64,000 nt of DNA from the human T2T-CHM13v2.0 reference genome, Homo sapiens. Below the pieces are notes generated by a model. The model worked only from the letters and a program-made list of their open reading frames with translations. It was not told the DNA's origin and searched no databases. The position numbers were made by a program, and so were the translations under genes. Below are positions 1 through 16,425 of this stretch, piece after piece. How positions within the stretch are numbered: position 1 is the first letter of the stretch; each line of letters opens with the position of its first letter. The stretch is taken from assembly GCF_009914755.1 (NCBI RefSeq), contig NC_060932.1, one strand, 5' to 3'.

Positions 1-110
1 CAGCTCTTCTGGGTGTGTAAGATGCCTGCAGCTCTTTTGGGTGTGTGATGCCTGCAGCTCTTTTGGGTGTGTGAAATGCCTGCAGCTCTTTTGGGTGTGT
101 GAGGTGCCCG
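1..110. repeat. Minisatellite, ~28-30 bp unit (GATGCCTGCAGCTCTTTTGGGTGTGT), ~4 copies, cut by the window start
   Basis: Direct repeats visible. Confidence 0.85.
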
Positions 111-559
111 CTGTGGGACTGCTGGGACTGATGGCAGCTCTGTGTTTCACCCATTGAAGAACCAATGTTTTGAAAACCATGAATCTGCTCGCACCTCCCA
201 TGTTTCATGAACATAGATTCCACACCTCTGTTTGGTAGCAGCATCATGCTCATCACGTGGATGTGGCCACTGGCATGGCTCATCCACAACGGCACCTTCT
301 TGTGCCTGGTCAGTTGTTTTTAGGGTAAATTCCAACAGTGAAGGTGTAAGGTCAAGGTCAAGCCACTTGTGTTACATCACGCCTTCCCTCGGGAGGCTAC
401 CAGGGCCCTCCCCTACTGGAATCCATCAGGCCCTGTTCCTCACATTCTCCACGTTCTTTTTCGTCCTTGTCAATGTCATAGCAGGAGACACATGGACTCT
501 GGAGATATGAGTATGAAGTCAGCCTCTAAAAATGCTGATATGCACTTCTCTGCACAAAT

Positions 560-700
560 CTGGGTCATACATGGTGTTAATGATAAATTCTCTGGGTGCT
601 GGGATTATAGGTGATTGCTGTTTGTTTTGCCAATTGTTTATATGTATTTTCCATTTTTTCTACAATGAATGTGTATTACTTGGGTAATAAAAATAAGTTT
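560..700 (+). mobile_element. Old L1M 3'-end fragment
   Basis: GGGATTATAGGTGATT...TTTTCTACAATGAATGTGTATTACT resembles L1ME/MC 3' ends. Confidence 0.5.
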
Positions 701-701
701 T

Positions 702-992
<291 letters not shown>

Positions 993-1212
993 GTTTTAAA
1001 CAATGAAGTGGGGATGTGCTTGGGGTCTCTCCTCACGGGAACCCATTAGAGGGCAGAGCTGATCCTGCCAGCCCATCTGCCCACCTTGGGTGGGTTTTGG
1101 GGGCACAAACCCATCCTTGCCCTTGGCTGTGAGGCTGTCCTGGCAGCGCCCGCCAGCAAGAAGGTGGCAGTGCTGGGAACATGGGCTGTCTGGGACCCTA
1201 AAACTCCGCTGG

Positions 1213-1368
1213 GTCACTGCAACCTCCACCTTCCTGGTTCAAGCGATTCTCCTGCCTCAGGCTCCCCAGTAGCTGGGACTACAGGTGCCTACCACCATGC
1301 CCGGATAATTTTTGTATTTTTAGTAGAGACGAGGTTTCACCATGTTGGCCAGGCCACCGCGCCCGGCC
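1213..1368 (-). mobile_element. Alu fragment, internally deleted
   Basis: TCACTGCAACCTCC...CCACCGCGCCCGGCC. Confidence 0.85.
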
Positions 1369-1369
1369 A

Positions 1370-1682
1370 TGTTTACCACTTTTAAGTGTGCAGTTCAGTG
1401 GCATTAAGCACATTCATAACATCGTATGACCATCACCACCATCACCTCCAGAACGGCTTCATCTTCCCCGGCTGAAACTCCATCCCCACGAAACACTGGC
1501 TCCCCATTCCCCTCCCCCAGGCCCCGGCTCCCACCACGCTTCTCACTGTCTCTAGGGACTCAGGTGAGTGGAATCCCACAGCATCTGCTCTTTCCTAACT
1601 GGTTTCTTTCACAGAGCGCCGTGTCCTCAAGCTTCCGTCTTGTTGCAGCACGTACCAGAATTTCCTTCCTTTTTGAGGCTAA
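1370..1682 (-). mobile_element. L1MB-like 3' fragment
   Basis: TTTTAAGTGTGCAGTTCAGTGGCATTAAGCACATTCA matches L1M 3' UTR on the antisense strand. Confidence 0.7.
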
Positions 1683-1685
1683 TGC

Positions 1686-2196
1686 AAAAATTAGCTGGCA
1701 TGGTGGTATGCTCTTGCGGTCCCTGCCACTTGGGGGGCTGAGGTGGGAGGATCACTTGTGCCCAGGAGGTTGAGGCTGTAGTGAGCTGTAATCACACCAC
1801 TGCACTCCAGCTTGGGCCACAGAGCAGGACCCTGTCTCCAAAAAAAAAATAAAAATAAAAATAAAAAAAATATATATATATAAATATATATAAATATATA
1901 TATATATGGCTGGGTGCAGTGGCTCACACCTGTAATCCCAGCACTTTGGGAAGCTGAGATGGGGGGATCACCTGAGGTCAGGAATTCGAGACCAGCCTGG
2001 CCAACATGGCGAAACCCCATTTCTACCACAAATACAAAAAATAGCCAGGCGTGGTGGCGGGTGCCTGAAATCCCAGCTACTCAGGAGGCTGAGGCAGGAG
2101 AATCACTCGAACCACTAGGAGGCGGAGGTTGCAGTGAGCTGAGAGTGTGCCACTGCACTCCAGCCTGGGCGACAGAGTGAGACTCCATCTCAAAAA
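1686..2196 (+). mobile_element. Alu right arm + (TA)n + AluS (1908-2196)
   Basis: Two tandem Alu sequences separated by an A/TA-rich tract. Confidence 0.88.
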
Positions 2197-2471
2197 TATA
2201 TATATGTATCTTTAAAATAGGTAATTGCTTATCAATAGCACCAACTTCCTGAGCTATTAGGCCCCGCATCAGCTTTGTTGTCCTGATGCTATTCTCACTA
2301 TGTCCCCTGCGGGCAACGCCGTCCACGCAGGCCACGTGTCTGTCTCTCATTCCAGCCGAGAGGCGTGCAGGGCCCCCTGGAGTCATTCTGGTCAGGGTGG
2401 GGCAAATCTGTAGGGTTGGGTTGAGAGGGGAATCCCGTGGCTCTTCTTGAGGATTTGAGGGGATTCCTTCA

Positions 2472-3088
<617 letters not shown>

Positions 3089-3572
3089 TTAATAATTCAT
3101 TCATTCACTCATGCAAGACCATCACCCTGGGCCCTGAACCTGCTTCTCAGGTGGGCCACACCTGAACACATTCTACAGAGACTTCGAGGCTATTGGGGCC
3201 CATGTGTAGGGTCAGGGAGGACGGGCCAGTGGGTATGCAGAATAGGGTGGGGGCACCCAGCTTTGGGGTCCTTCGGGATTTCAGTGGATCGGCTGCTAAT
3301 AACAAGCCCTTCCTGAGGGCCCCACGCTGCTTGCCTGTCGGTTCTGCCTCTGAACCACGAAGAGGCTGCCACCTGGCTCTGCTACGGTGACCGACCGTCC
3401 CAGTTTGCCTGGGACTGAGCGACTTCCTGGGAAGCAGAGCTGTTAGTGCTAGACCTGGGACAGCCCCAGGGAAACCAGGATGCTGGCCACTCCAGCTTCT
3501 GCCCACACGGCCTCCTCCACAGGAAGACTTCCTGAGCCCCTCCTCCCACAGCATGGCTCCAACGCCCTTGTG

Positions 3573-3827
3573 TTCTGGGGCCGTTGTTGGGGAATTCTGT
3601 TGGGACGGACTGTTTCTGTGGCCTTCTGGGGCTGTCCTTGGGGAATTCTGTTGGGACGGACTGTTTCTGTGGCCTTCTGGGGCTGTCCTTGGGGAATTCT
3701 GTTGGGACAAACTGTTTCTGCAGCATTCTGGGGCCATAGTTGGGAAATTCTGTTGGGACGGACTGTTTCTGTGGCATTCTGGGGCTGTCGTTGGGGAATT
3801 CTGTTGGGATGGACTGTTTCTGCACCT
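3573..3827. repeat. 51-bp minisatellite, 5 copies
   Basis: Units start TTCTGGGG at 3573, 3624, 3675, 3726 and 3777. Confidence 0.95.
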
Positions 3828-6281
3828 GTCTGTTGGACAAGCAGTTAAGCCCCTCATGAGTAGAGAGACCCTGCCTCGTCCATCCTTGTGCCTCCAGGGT
3901 CTAGCCCCATGCCTGCATGGCCGCCATTCCTGGACCTGGACTTGACATCCTGTTCTGAGTTGCAGTAGTTGTTCCGTAGTTACAAAGCAGTGTGTGCACG
4001 GGGAGAGGGCAGTGGCAAGGGAGCACCTGCACAGGTGAGTCAGGAGGAGCCGCTGCATGGGGCAGGTGGGGAAGGAGCAGAGGAGCACCTGGGCAAAGGC
4101 AAGGAAGGGCTGGAGAATTAGACGTAGCCAAGGTTATCTTGGGTGGGAGTTGGGAATGTGCAGAGGGGCTGGCAGGGATCTCGACGGAACACGTTGCCCT
4201 GTGGAGGGCCTTGAATCTGCCGTGGGGCTGCAGCACGTCTTGAGGGCACTGGGAGCCACTGGAGAATCCTAAGCTGAGGCAGGAGAATCATTAAGCAGGG
4301 GAGGTGCCTGACAATCCACGTGCTTCGCCAGGGTAGGGAAACTGGGAGGCACTGCCAGATGCAGGGGCCAGGGCAGAGGACAGAGCGGAGGCTGAGGGGG
4401 TCAGGTGGCACCTCCAGCCTTCTTCTGGGCTGGGTCTGCGCTGAGAGCTGCTTCCTGGAGGAGGAGAGATCAGTAGGGCCTGGGCCCCTAGGCCAGCATG
4501 TGGCTGCCCGGCCAGGAAAGTGCTACCAGAGAGGCACGGCCGGCTCCCTGTGGCTATAGCCTCAGCTCAGCGGGAGAGCTGGGGTCAAGCCAAGACCCTA
4601 GCAGGGTCCAAAGAGGGCTCCACCAGGCCAGGCTGGGGAGGAGGGCTGCCTGGGGTGATCACCCGTAGCCATCACTAGGAGGCAGACGGGGGATCGGCCC
4701 AAGAGGTCATGGCCACAAAGATGCTCCAAGGCTGGACTGTGGCGGCAAGTGTGGGGAACGAGGCTTCAGGGCAGAGCACTAATGCTTCTTTCTGCTGCAC
4801 GCGGCAGGGCACCAGGCCTCTCCAGGGATGTGGACATGGGGGCTGGACTCCCAGCTGCAGACCTGCTGTGGGGTGCCTCTGATCAGGACTTCGGGGTGCC
4901 TCTGAGCAGGACTTCTTCTGAAGCAAGACTAACGGGAGCCTGGAGGCGACGGGAGAAGCCTGTTCAGAGTCCCCGGGATGAAGCGGGCCCCTAGTGAGCG
5001 GGACCTGCTGGCTAGCTGGGACCCCCCATTCTCTCTGTGTCAAATGGGCATGCTTGCTCTTCCCTCTTGAAGTATGGTGAGGATTAAATAATGGAGAAGG
5101 TGTAGACAGCTCTAAAACCCAATGAGTGCGGCTGTCGTCAATATGCAGGCCTCTCCGTAAACCAGCGTTAAAGAGCTCTGCAGAGTTTTGCAGACAGTGA
5201 GGAAGCCGTGTGCTTCCCGGCATGCATCCTTTATATGTTTCTCTGGGTGTTTGTTTCCAATTAGAATAATCAATTACACACTTGCCAGGTGTCTCATGTA
5301 TGAGCCAGTTGGGAAGATTAAAACTGGACATTAATGCAGCAAGAGGAGGTGCTTAACTCGTGTGATAAGGTAGCAAAAACCAGGGTGAGAATAAAACACT
5401 TTCGGGAAAACTAAACAGCGGACTCAGTATCTGTCACCAAACTGTGGCCAGCGTGGTGAGGTGACAAGAACAGCCTTTCTGATCAGTTTGGAGGTTAAAA
5501 AGACTTGTGGAATGATTGGGTCATGAGAAGCACATGGTTTATTTCAGTAAAGCTTCTTTTACATAAGCAAGTTTTAGTCTAAAGAAAGATTTCACATTAA
5601 GGGAAAGTAGAATTACAGATTGACTCAGCACTTCATTTACATGTCTTTAAAAAGTGGCTAAGAAAAATAGTCCCCTTTGTAAGGGGCTATTGTAAGAAAA
5701 TGATTGCAAGAAAAACCCCATAGTAATTGTAAGATGATTGTAAGAAAAACCCCATAGTAAATACAAAACCATAGAAGCCCTTTTTGTAAATCTTCCTCCA
5801 ATGTCTGGGTTTTGGGCAGGGTGGGATGGAGTTGGGGCCCATGACTGGAGAGGCTTTGGAGTGTCAGCATCATGTAGGCGTGTCACCCACACTGGTCCCC
5901 TTCTGTGACCCTTGGGACGACCACTCCCCTTTAACGTAGAGAAAGGCAGTGGTACTTGAAGATCACCCAGGCGGGATTCAGCCCAGAGCTGGGTTTGCTC
6001 CAAACACCTTGCTTCTCTCTGTCGGTCATGGCAGAACGCCAGCCTCTCTGAGAAGGAAAGACCAACACCCATGCTTAGCAAGCCTCAAGACCCGCTTCTA
6101 AAACCTGCACCCTCGTTGGCCTTGGAGTGTAGCCTGGAGCAGGTCACCTGGCCCCTTGGGAGGTCCCAGAAGGCAGGACCCTGGCTGCCGTGTCTCCACA
6201 TCCCTGACTTACAGGTGCTCAGTTAATGTGAGGTGAGGTGCCTTCTAGACTCCTTTTCAAGAGACTCATTACAAGTGGACT

Positions 6282-7375
<1,094 letters not shown>

Positions 7376-7994
7376 TAGAGTAATCCAGAGCCCTGTGCCC
7401 AGAGGCTATTCCATCAGGGTGGGGGGTGGCACTGTGGTGACTGGGAGCAGGAGGGTGCCAAGGCTGTGGCAGTGGGGATGGGAGAGGGAGCAAAGGGCAG
7501 CAGCAGGCCCCCGGTGCTCAGACCAGCAGGGTGGAGAGGAAAGCAGGATGGAGAGACCCCCGCCATCTCCCAAGCTCTGGGAGGGCAGGACCGTGAGCGC
7601 GAGTCCACGGGGAGGCACCGGGGCTGTGGGAGCCTCACCTGCACCCTGCACCTGGCTGGGTGGGGCTCCTCTTCTGGACCTGGCCCTTGGCCCCGGGGAC
7701 TTGCTGCTTTTCTTTGCTTTCTGGAGCCTGGTGCAGGTACTGGCCAAGGGGTCCCAGCAGCTGCTGAATGAACACATGGCCCTGCTGAGGTTCATGTAGC
7801 AACAACACAATAGCAGGACACATTTGAGTTCATTTGCTCACTGGTTCCTTGAAACGATGCTTTGAATACAGACGATGCACTGAGCCCCTGCCTCCCCAGC
7901 GATGGGCATGTGGGGGGCGGGGCGGCGAGTGCAAAGCCAAGGTGGGCGGGCCAGGCTTCCCCTCAGGCTGGGGGAGGGGAGGCTGCCTGCCTCT

Positions 7995-8230
7995 CCTGGT
8001 GGTGGCTGGAAATCCTCGGTGTCCCTTGGTTTGTGCATGTTCCCAATTTCGGCCTTCGTCTCCCCTGTGTGTCTCTGGGTGGCTTCTCCTCTTATAAGGA
8101 GCCATTGGATCGGAAGCCCACCCTATTCCAGGATGACCTCATCTTCACTTAGCTCATTACGTCTGCAGAGACCTTATTTCCAAATAAGGTCACATTCGGG
8201 GTTTCTGGGTAGACTTGGACATTGGGGCAC
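7995..8230 (-). mobile_element. MLT1 (MaLR) LTR fragment
   Basis: TCTTATAAGGA...ATGACCTCATCTT...CTTATTTCCAAATAAGGTCACATTC, typical of MLT1. Confidence 0.75.
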
Positions 8231-9572
8231 TTCACTCCCTCCCAGCTTCCGAGGGCTCTCCCAGCCCCCAGCTCCATCCCCAGGTTATCCCACAGGTGCC
8301 TGTCATGCGGCTCCTGCCTGTTTAATCCTGTCTCAGTGTTGGCTTCCCCGAGGACCTGGGCTGATGCAGGGATGTAGAGTTGTCAGGCCTGAGAGGCAGG
8401 GGCTCATCTGCGGTGGGGAAAGGGAAGACTGGGCCGGTGGCCAGTGTCCAGCAGTGGCACAAGGAGGCTGGGCTGACCCAGGTGTCTGGCTCTGTCAGCC
8501 AGGGTGGCAGCTGTGGTTGCCGACCTGTGGCCTCTTTCTGCGGGGAGCAGGTTTTGGGAAGGAGATGGGTCTGGGCTTAGGATGCTGAGCCCCAGGAGGG
8601 GTGGAGTCCACGAGGACATGCCTCAGGGCTCAGGGGTCACCGTGGGAGGTGGTCTGACCCCTGACCTTATTGTCCCCCACCACACTGCTGGCTGGCACAG
8701 AGATGTGGTTCCCCAATCTAGTGCTGGGGTAGGGGACAGCGTGAAGCCGAGGGGATGCCCTGGCCCCAGCTCGCAGGTGCGGCCCAAGAGGGTGGGGTGT
8801 GCACTGGGAAGGCACTAGTTCCACTGTCAATAGAATCTGTGCTGATGGTGCTGACCTGAGACCCCGGGACGACCAGTCTGTCCAGTGGGTAAGGTGGGCG
8901 GGAGAGGAGCACAGGAGGGGTGAGGGCTGTGGGGGACAGCTGGAGGTGGAGGCTGAGCAGCTGGGTTTGGGAGGAGAGCTGCTGAGCCACCTGCAGGTTC
9001 CTGGGACCCTCTATTCTGGGGGAGTTGGAGTGAGTGGAAGAAGGTGGGAATGGGGAGTGGAGGAGCCTGTGGCATCCCCACCTGCAGGGGAGAAGATTCC
9101 CAGCCTGGGTGTCAGTGCAGTCAGCAGTGTGGGCCCAGAGAACATGGGCTCATCACCCCTCTCCTCTGGGTCTGATTCCCCATTGGGAGCGGGAGAGCTC
9201 CTGAAACAGAAACTGCTGCCTGGAGCCCACAGGTGCAAAAACCCGGGGCCCAAGGCCTTTGCTGTTTTTAAACAAATCCACCCTTAGCCAACTCTCCCCG
9301 CCAGGCTTTTCCGCATGATTTGATGGGATGGGGCCTGCTGCCTCCTCCCTCTGCCCAGGGAAGGGTTCCCAGATGCGAGGGGGAGGAGGTGCGGCTCCTT
9401 CCTTTTCCTGGTGGCGCCGTGAAGATCTGTGTGTGTAGTTCTTGGAAAGATTCCAGGTGCTTGAAAACGACGTCTCAGTGGGTCAAGGGTGAGTGGGGAA
9501 TCAGAGGTGACCCATGTCCAGGAGGGCCCCCCTTGCCTGGCATCTCCCACCACGGAGCCACAGACTGTGCTA

Positions 9573-9677
9573 TCTCCCTCTCTTTGTCTCCCTCTCTCTC
9601 CCTGACTCTTTCCTTCTTCCTGTCTCCCTCTCCCTCTCTTTCTGTCTCTCTTTCTCTCTCACACACACACACACACA
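9573..9677. repeat. Compound (CT)n-(CA)n microsatellite
   Basis: Pyrimidine tract followed by a CA run. Confidence 0.9.
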
Positions 9678-10420
9678 TCCCTGGGTGATGGCTGTCGGTG
9701 GCTCCGCCCATGGCCAGATGGGAGAGGAGTGACAGGGCTGGGCAGTGGCTGGCCTCCAGGCCTCTGCCCTGCCTCCACCTGGGGGCCCGCTGGCTTTGGG
9801 TTTGGAGAAGAGGGCTGAAAGGGGGTGGGAGAGTTGGGGTAATGCTCCGGCCTGAGCCAGGCCCAGGGGTCAGGGAGGTGCCTGTGGTCAAGGCCTGCGG
9901 CCCCTGGTTGGCCTCCAACCTCACCACCTGCTAGCTGGGCCAGCACCTCCAGGAGGTCATGCCCTGCCCTGTGGGGTGGGCAGCAGACACCCCTCCTGGG
10001 CTGCTGGGAAAAAGTGTGCCCTGCTGGGGGCTGGCCTGCACGGGCTCCTGGAGGCTGGGGGATTTGGGAACCCTCAGAAGATGCGGCCCCTGCTCTTGGG
10101 AAGGCATTTTTCCTGCTCAAGGCAGAGGGGACGTGGCTTTTCCAGCCTGGCCCTGCAGGTGCTGTCTGCATTCCTGAGCCCCATCTGGGCGTTGGATGAC
10201 CGGGAGCCCCTGCGTCCTCTCCAAGCCTCCTTGCTGGACACTGCACTCAGGACCCAGCAGAAGCCTCTGCCCTGGGTGCAGTGAGACAGGGAAGCCACCG
10301 GTCAGTCCCGGCACCTACACCACTGGGGCCCTACTGGGGTGTTCACAAAGAGCTGTGAGAATGAATCGCAGGAAGCGGCTCTGAACTTTCGCTGGGCCCA
10401 GGGGAGTTAGAGTTGACTGA

Positions 10421-10781
<361 letters not shown>

Positions 10782-12013
10782 CCCCAAGCAAACTTTAGAA
10801 CCACCTGCAGCAGGGGTGACAGGGCAGGGTGGGCAGGGCCTATTCGGGGGACGGGGGTGGAAGTCCAGCCTGGGAAGGCTCTGGCCCCACCTGGAGAAGC
10901 AGTTCCTCCTCGGAGTGGCTGGCGCCTGGGCTTTGGTGTTGGATCTTCCCAGGTGCACACCTCTGCTCCCGTGCTCACTGCTGTGTGCTCCTGGCCATGT
11001 GGCTGAACTGGCTGAGCCTCAGGTGCCTGATCTGTGAAATGGGGTGACAGGGTTTATAGGGTTGCTGAGAAGATTGGTAAGAGAATGTGCACACATGCGG
11101 AATGCCTCCAGTTTCAGGTAGATGAGCCACTGGCAGCCATCGTCACCACCACTAGGGTGGCCCCTCGCCATGTCTGCCCTTGCCCTGCCTTGCAGAGAAC
11201 CAGCGGGTTTTGACCAGGGGAAAGCCTGAGGCCAGGGGAGCAGGGGGTGCCTGGCAGTCACTGAGTGCCACCCCACAGCAGGCCCTGCCCATCACCCTGT
11301 TCTGCATGACAGCCCCTCGAGGTTTGTGCGGCCACTTCCCTGCCCTACAGCTGGGGAAGGGTGGAGCGGGGCTCGTTCCCGGGACCTTCTTCCTCCAGTG
11401 CCAGTGCCCTTCCCATGGGGACCTCATGAGAAGTGCCCATGTGCGGGGGCTGGGCGGTGGCTCCAGAGTGGGGACAAGGGAGGGGTCAGGTTGGTTCATA
11501 GTTGGAGGCCCAAAGGCAGGGCTGTGGAGAGGCACGAAGGACACGGGTTTGTCCCCCACATGGTCATGGTCAGAAGCAACATGAGGAGGCCCTGAGAGGC
11601 GTAGGGGCACCACAGCCTGGATGGAGGAAGTAGGGGGCAGGGGAGAGAGGCCTTCCTGGGGTAGTTGGTATCTGTATCTGAGCCGACGTAAGACAAGTTG
11701 GAGTTGGCCATGGAGTACGAGAGGGCAGGGCATTCAGAGCAGCAGGCAGCAGGTGCAGAGAGTGCCTTTGAATAACCTTGGGAGGTCCAAGCTTCCCTCC
11801 TGGGCCCTGGGTGAGTGGCGTTTGTACCTGACTTCCCCCTTTCTGCCTATTTACTGTCAGTTGTCTATTTTTGTTTGTCTTGATTCCCAGTCCGGATGGG
11901 TTAAGATAGTTCTCACATCTGTCCCCTTCCTCCCTGACCAAGCACACAGGGGCAGCCAGACCACAGCTTCCTGTCTTTCTTCATACCCAGGAGGAAGAGA
12001 ATGTCACAAGTGA

Positions 12014-12394
<381 letters not shown>

Positions 12395-15300
12395 GAATTT
12401 TCTTCAATGGCTTCTTAGGGGCCATTCAGAGCAGGCGTTGCTGAGAGTGGGGACAGCCCCGAGTGGAAGGCCCTTCTCACCATCAGGCCTCCAGGCTGTG
12501 GGGCAACAAAGGAAGCCAGAGAACACGCCCCTTTCCCATCTTTTTATCATTCTTCCTCAGTCTGGCATTTTCTAGATTCTAGGATAGTTGCTTGATATCT
12601 GAAGTTGGGCAATTTGTTTTAGACACAGTAGAATTCCAGAAAGAGATGAGATAATTCACTTGTTTTTCTTTTCTGATAAAATATTTCATATTTGCAAAGA
12701 CTATATCTAATAACTATAACATGAACAGCCCTGTCCCACCAGCTGAAGGAACAGGGCGCCACTAAGATGGCCCCAGGGCCCCCCCAGGGAGTACAGCACC
12801 CTGCACGTGGTGTGCACCCCGCGGTGATCCTCTGTGTGGTTTTCTTATTTACGTGTGCTTTGTCTGCTCCTGGACTTTGTTAAGTGGGATCACGGTGTGT
12901 GTTGTACTCCATGTGGGGTTAGCGAATCTCTGCCGACTGGCGGCCCATTGCACAGGTGGACCATGATCAGCGGACAGTGGAATTTAGCCTTTATGCTTTT
13001 ATTCGTCAAATACTCATGGTACTCCCGTCACTTTGTGTGTCAGCCACAGGGCCAGGTGATGGGAACATTCGTCCACAGGGCTCAGGGAAGGGGCCCAGGG
13101 TCACCCAGGCTGTAGGTGCTGAGCCAGGTCCAGGTCAGTGCAGGACCGAACTCACCACGTGTGTTCAGCCCCACTGTGTGCCAGCAGCGGTAGGCGCTAT
13201 GGGAATCAGCACAGAGTAGGCATGCAATAAGTGTTTATGGAGGGGAGCTAAATGTTTTCCTCATTCAGGAGGAAGTGCTATTACTTTCGTTTCACAAATG
13301 ACAAAATACAGCATTAGCCCAGCAGCGGTGCCTGGCTGCACATCCGAGTCACCTGGGGGCGCCGCTGGATCCTCAGCTGCCCACACCCCAGCCCCCTAGA
13401 TGTTCTGAGCAGTTGAGGCAGGACCTGGCCATAGGGGTTTGTCCAAACCTTCCACATGGGTCTTACTGGTGGCCAGTGTTGAGAGCTGCCGTTGCACCCT
13501 CCAAAGCCCCACGAGACACTGAGCTCAGAACTTGCGCTGTCTGCACGTGAACTTGGTGGGTAGAGGTTGCACCATCTAACCTGAGCCCAGACAGTTAGTG
13601 TTCGACAACACATGACTTCCTCTCAGTTATTCATATTTTAAAGGAAAACCAACTTTTCACAAATGGGTTTATAGCTGATTGGGACAGGAGGGGGCTGCCT
13701 GAGCAGGCCAGGGGCATTTGACCAGGCGGCCCACCTGTGGCATGGTTAACGGTGATGTCCACAGCACCTGTGCTGTTTGCTGGGACCCCATCACGTGACC
13801 GTTCTCACTGTGGATGGTGAAGGGTTTGTTCTCTGGTATCTACTCCCCAGAGCCTGCGGCAACAGCCCCATTGTATCTGTGTTCTGGCTTTCTCTACAAT
13901 TCTCCCTCCCTTCCCAGCACAAGAGAGGGGAGAAAGGCTCAGGCCTAAACGTGATAGCACACAGTTGCTAAACACACACACGACACACTACACACTACAC
14001 ACGACACACGTGCACAAGCACAGAGGCACACACCACTTTCAGGATGGCCCATTTAGATGTCCACAGTCCTGCAAGGTCAACCTGTCCCAAACCAACCCCC
14101 CCGGGGCTCCTCCACACCCCGCCTGCCCCTGCCCCTGCCAGCCTGGTGCTCCTGGGCTCTCCTCACATAAGTGGGGACCTGCTCTGTGCAGCTCTGGGGA
14201 CACAGCAGGAGCATCTCAGCTATAGGCCCTGCCCTCAGGGAATGGACAGATCCACGGGAGGACAGGCCCACAAACCACTGGATTACGGTGGGGTCAAAGC
14301 TGCAGTGGTGGAATGGGAGCTGAATTTCATCTGTGGAGTTAGGGAATTGAGACGTGGATGGCCCCGGCCCCCTCCCCACCGCCGCCCCATCCCAGTGCTC
14401 CTGACTTGCCTCCTGCCCCTCTTCCTGCTGCTCCCCTCATGGCCTGTTTGGATCCTCTGCCTTTGCCTGGAGTTTGCAGTATTCACGTGCACTTTCCTGC
14501 CTCTCCCTGCAGCCGGGGTCCCCTGGCTCAAATACCAGTCTGGACCCTTTTCTCCCTTGTCAAAGTCCTCCTAGCCTCCTACTACCCCAGGACAGACGCC
14601 AGCCCACTGGCCCTCTCCACTGCTCCCCTCGGTGTGTACAGAGCACCTGCATGCGCTGGGCACTGCTTCAGGGACTGGGCAGAGCAACGAGCATGAAACA
14701 GACACTTCTCGGCAGTATCCAAGCGTTGCTGTGGTGGCCTCTGCACACACAGTGCTATTCCTGCAGCCTCGCCTCTGGCAGTGCTGTTCCCGCTGCTGAG
14801 CCTGTCTTGCCCTCTGTGCCTTTGTACCCCCAGAAAATGCCTCTTCCCCTTTCATGGTTGATTTTCTGTGTTCTCCTCTTACCTGAATCCCCTGCTGGGT
14901 CAGGGGTCCTGCTTCTCCATTTCCAGGGCAATCTCTGCTTCCCTCTCTCCACTGAACACTCATTTTCTGCACTGTGAGCTTTTTGTGGCAGGAAGGTCTG
15001 TAGTTTTATTTTATTCTTCTGTGTTCTTAGCCATTATCATAGGACCAAGCATATAGCAGGTGCTCAATAAACATCTCAAAAGAAATGGGGAAACCACGGC
15101 TCAGGAGGTTAAGGGACTTCCGAGGTCACAGGGCTAGTGAGAGCAGGGGTTGGATTTGGAAGTGTTTGCATGTGACTTGCACTATGGCAGTATGGTGTCC
15201 CCATCATGTCGCTCCTGGAGAAAGCTGCTCATTCAGGCTCATGTTTTTCTTTGCTTACGGAGACGTGATTATGCTTTCCCAGAAAGGCTGAAGCTTAGCA

Positions 15301-16079
15301 TGTATCATAGCATGGAGATCCAGCTAACTCCACTTCAAAGTTTTTGCGAGGAATACATAATCCAAATATTTGAACTCCAGTTGTAACAAGGTAGAGTGCA
15401 TCCAAATACCACACACGGGATTGTGTGTTTGCCATGTGTGGACGTTCAGGGCTGTGCACTCTGGGGTATGTGTGTCAACCTCACCTGCTCCTCACTCACC
15501 ATCAGGCTGGGAGACTGGCCCTTGAGGAGAATTCTTGTGAATGATGACAGCAGAGGGCAACGCCGATTGCACCTTTATCAGCGACCATGGTCTCTGTGAC
15601 ACTCCACGCATTGTGCAGGGTCAAATACTTACCACTATTGGGTCAGGATTTGCACCAGGCCATTGAGAATGAAGCGCCTGGAATGCAGGGTGGAGGGTTC
15701 TGGGGTTTAGAGGGGACCCCCAGTTTTCACTGGGGGAGCTGGGGGTGAGGGAAGGGAGGGCTTCCCTGAAGGTGCTGTTTGAACAAGACCTGGAAGGACA
15801 AGTAGGTGGGTTTCAGACTGAGTAGGAAAAGTGTGTCCTGGGCAGCCCGCAGGGAAGGGCACGTTTAGGGGGACAGTGAGTGATTCATAGTTGTTTGGGA
15901 GGGGTGCGGCGGGAGCACTTATTTGAGGCCAGACTGTGGTGGGTCTCGTAGATGTCCCAGAGTTTGACCTTTAATGCAGGTAGGAGAGCTCCCTAGTCTG
16001 TCCAAACAGCTCTAATATAATAGGCAGGCAGCTTTCCATTCTCTACACGGGGCTTGTTCACATCTATTGGCATATTTGA

Positions 16080-16425
<346 letters not shown>

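Noticed and set aside
3573-3827. CRISPR-like periodic array
   Set aside because: Contiguous tandem units without unique spacers; eukaryotic DNA; no cas genes.
3147-4088. 313-aa minus-strand ORF with repeated peptide
   Set aside because: Length is explained by a stop-poor 51-bp repeat that is open in several frames; no domain or exon structure.
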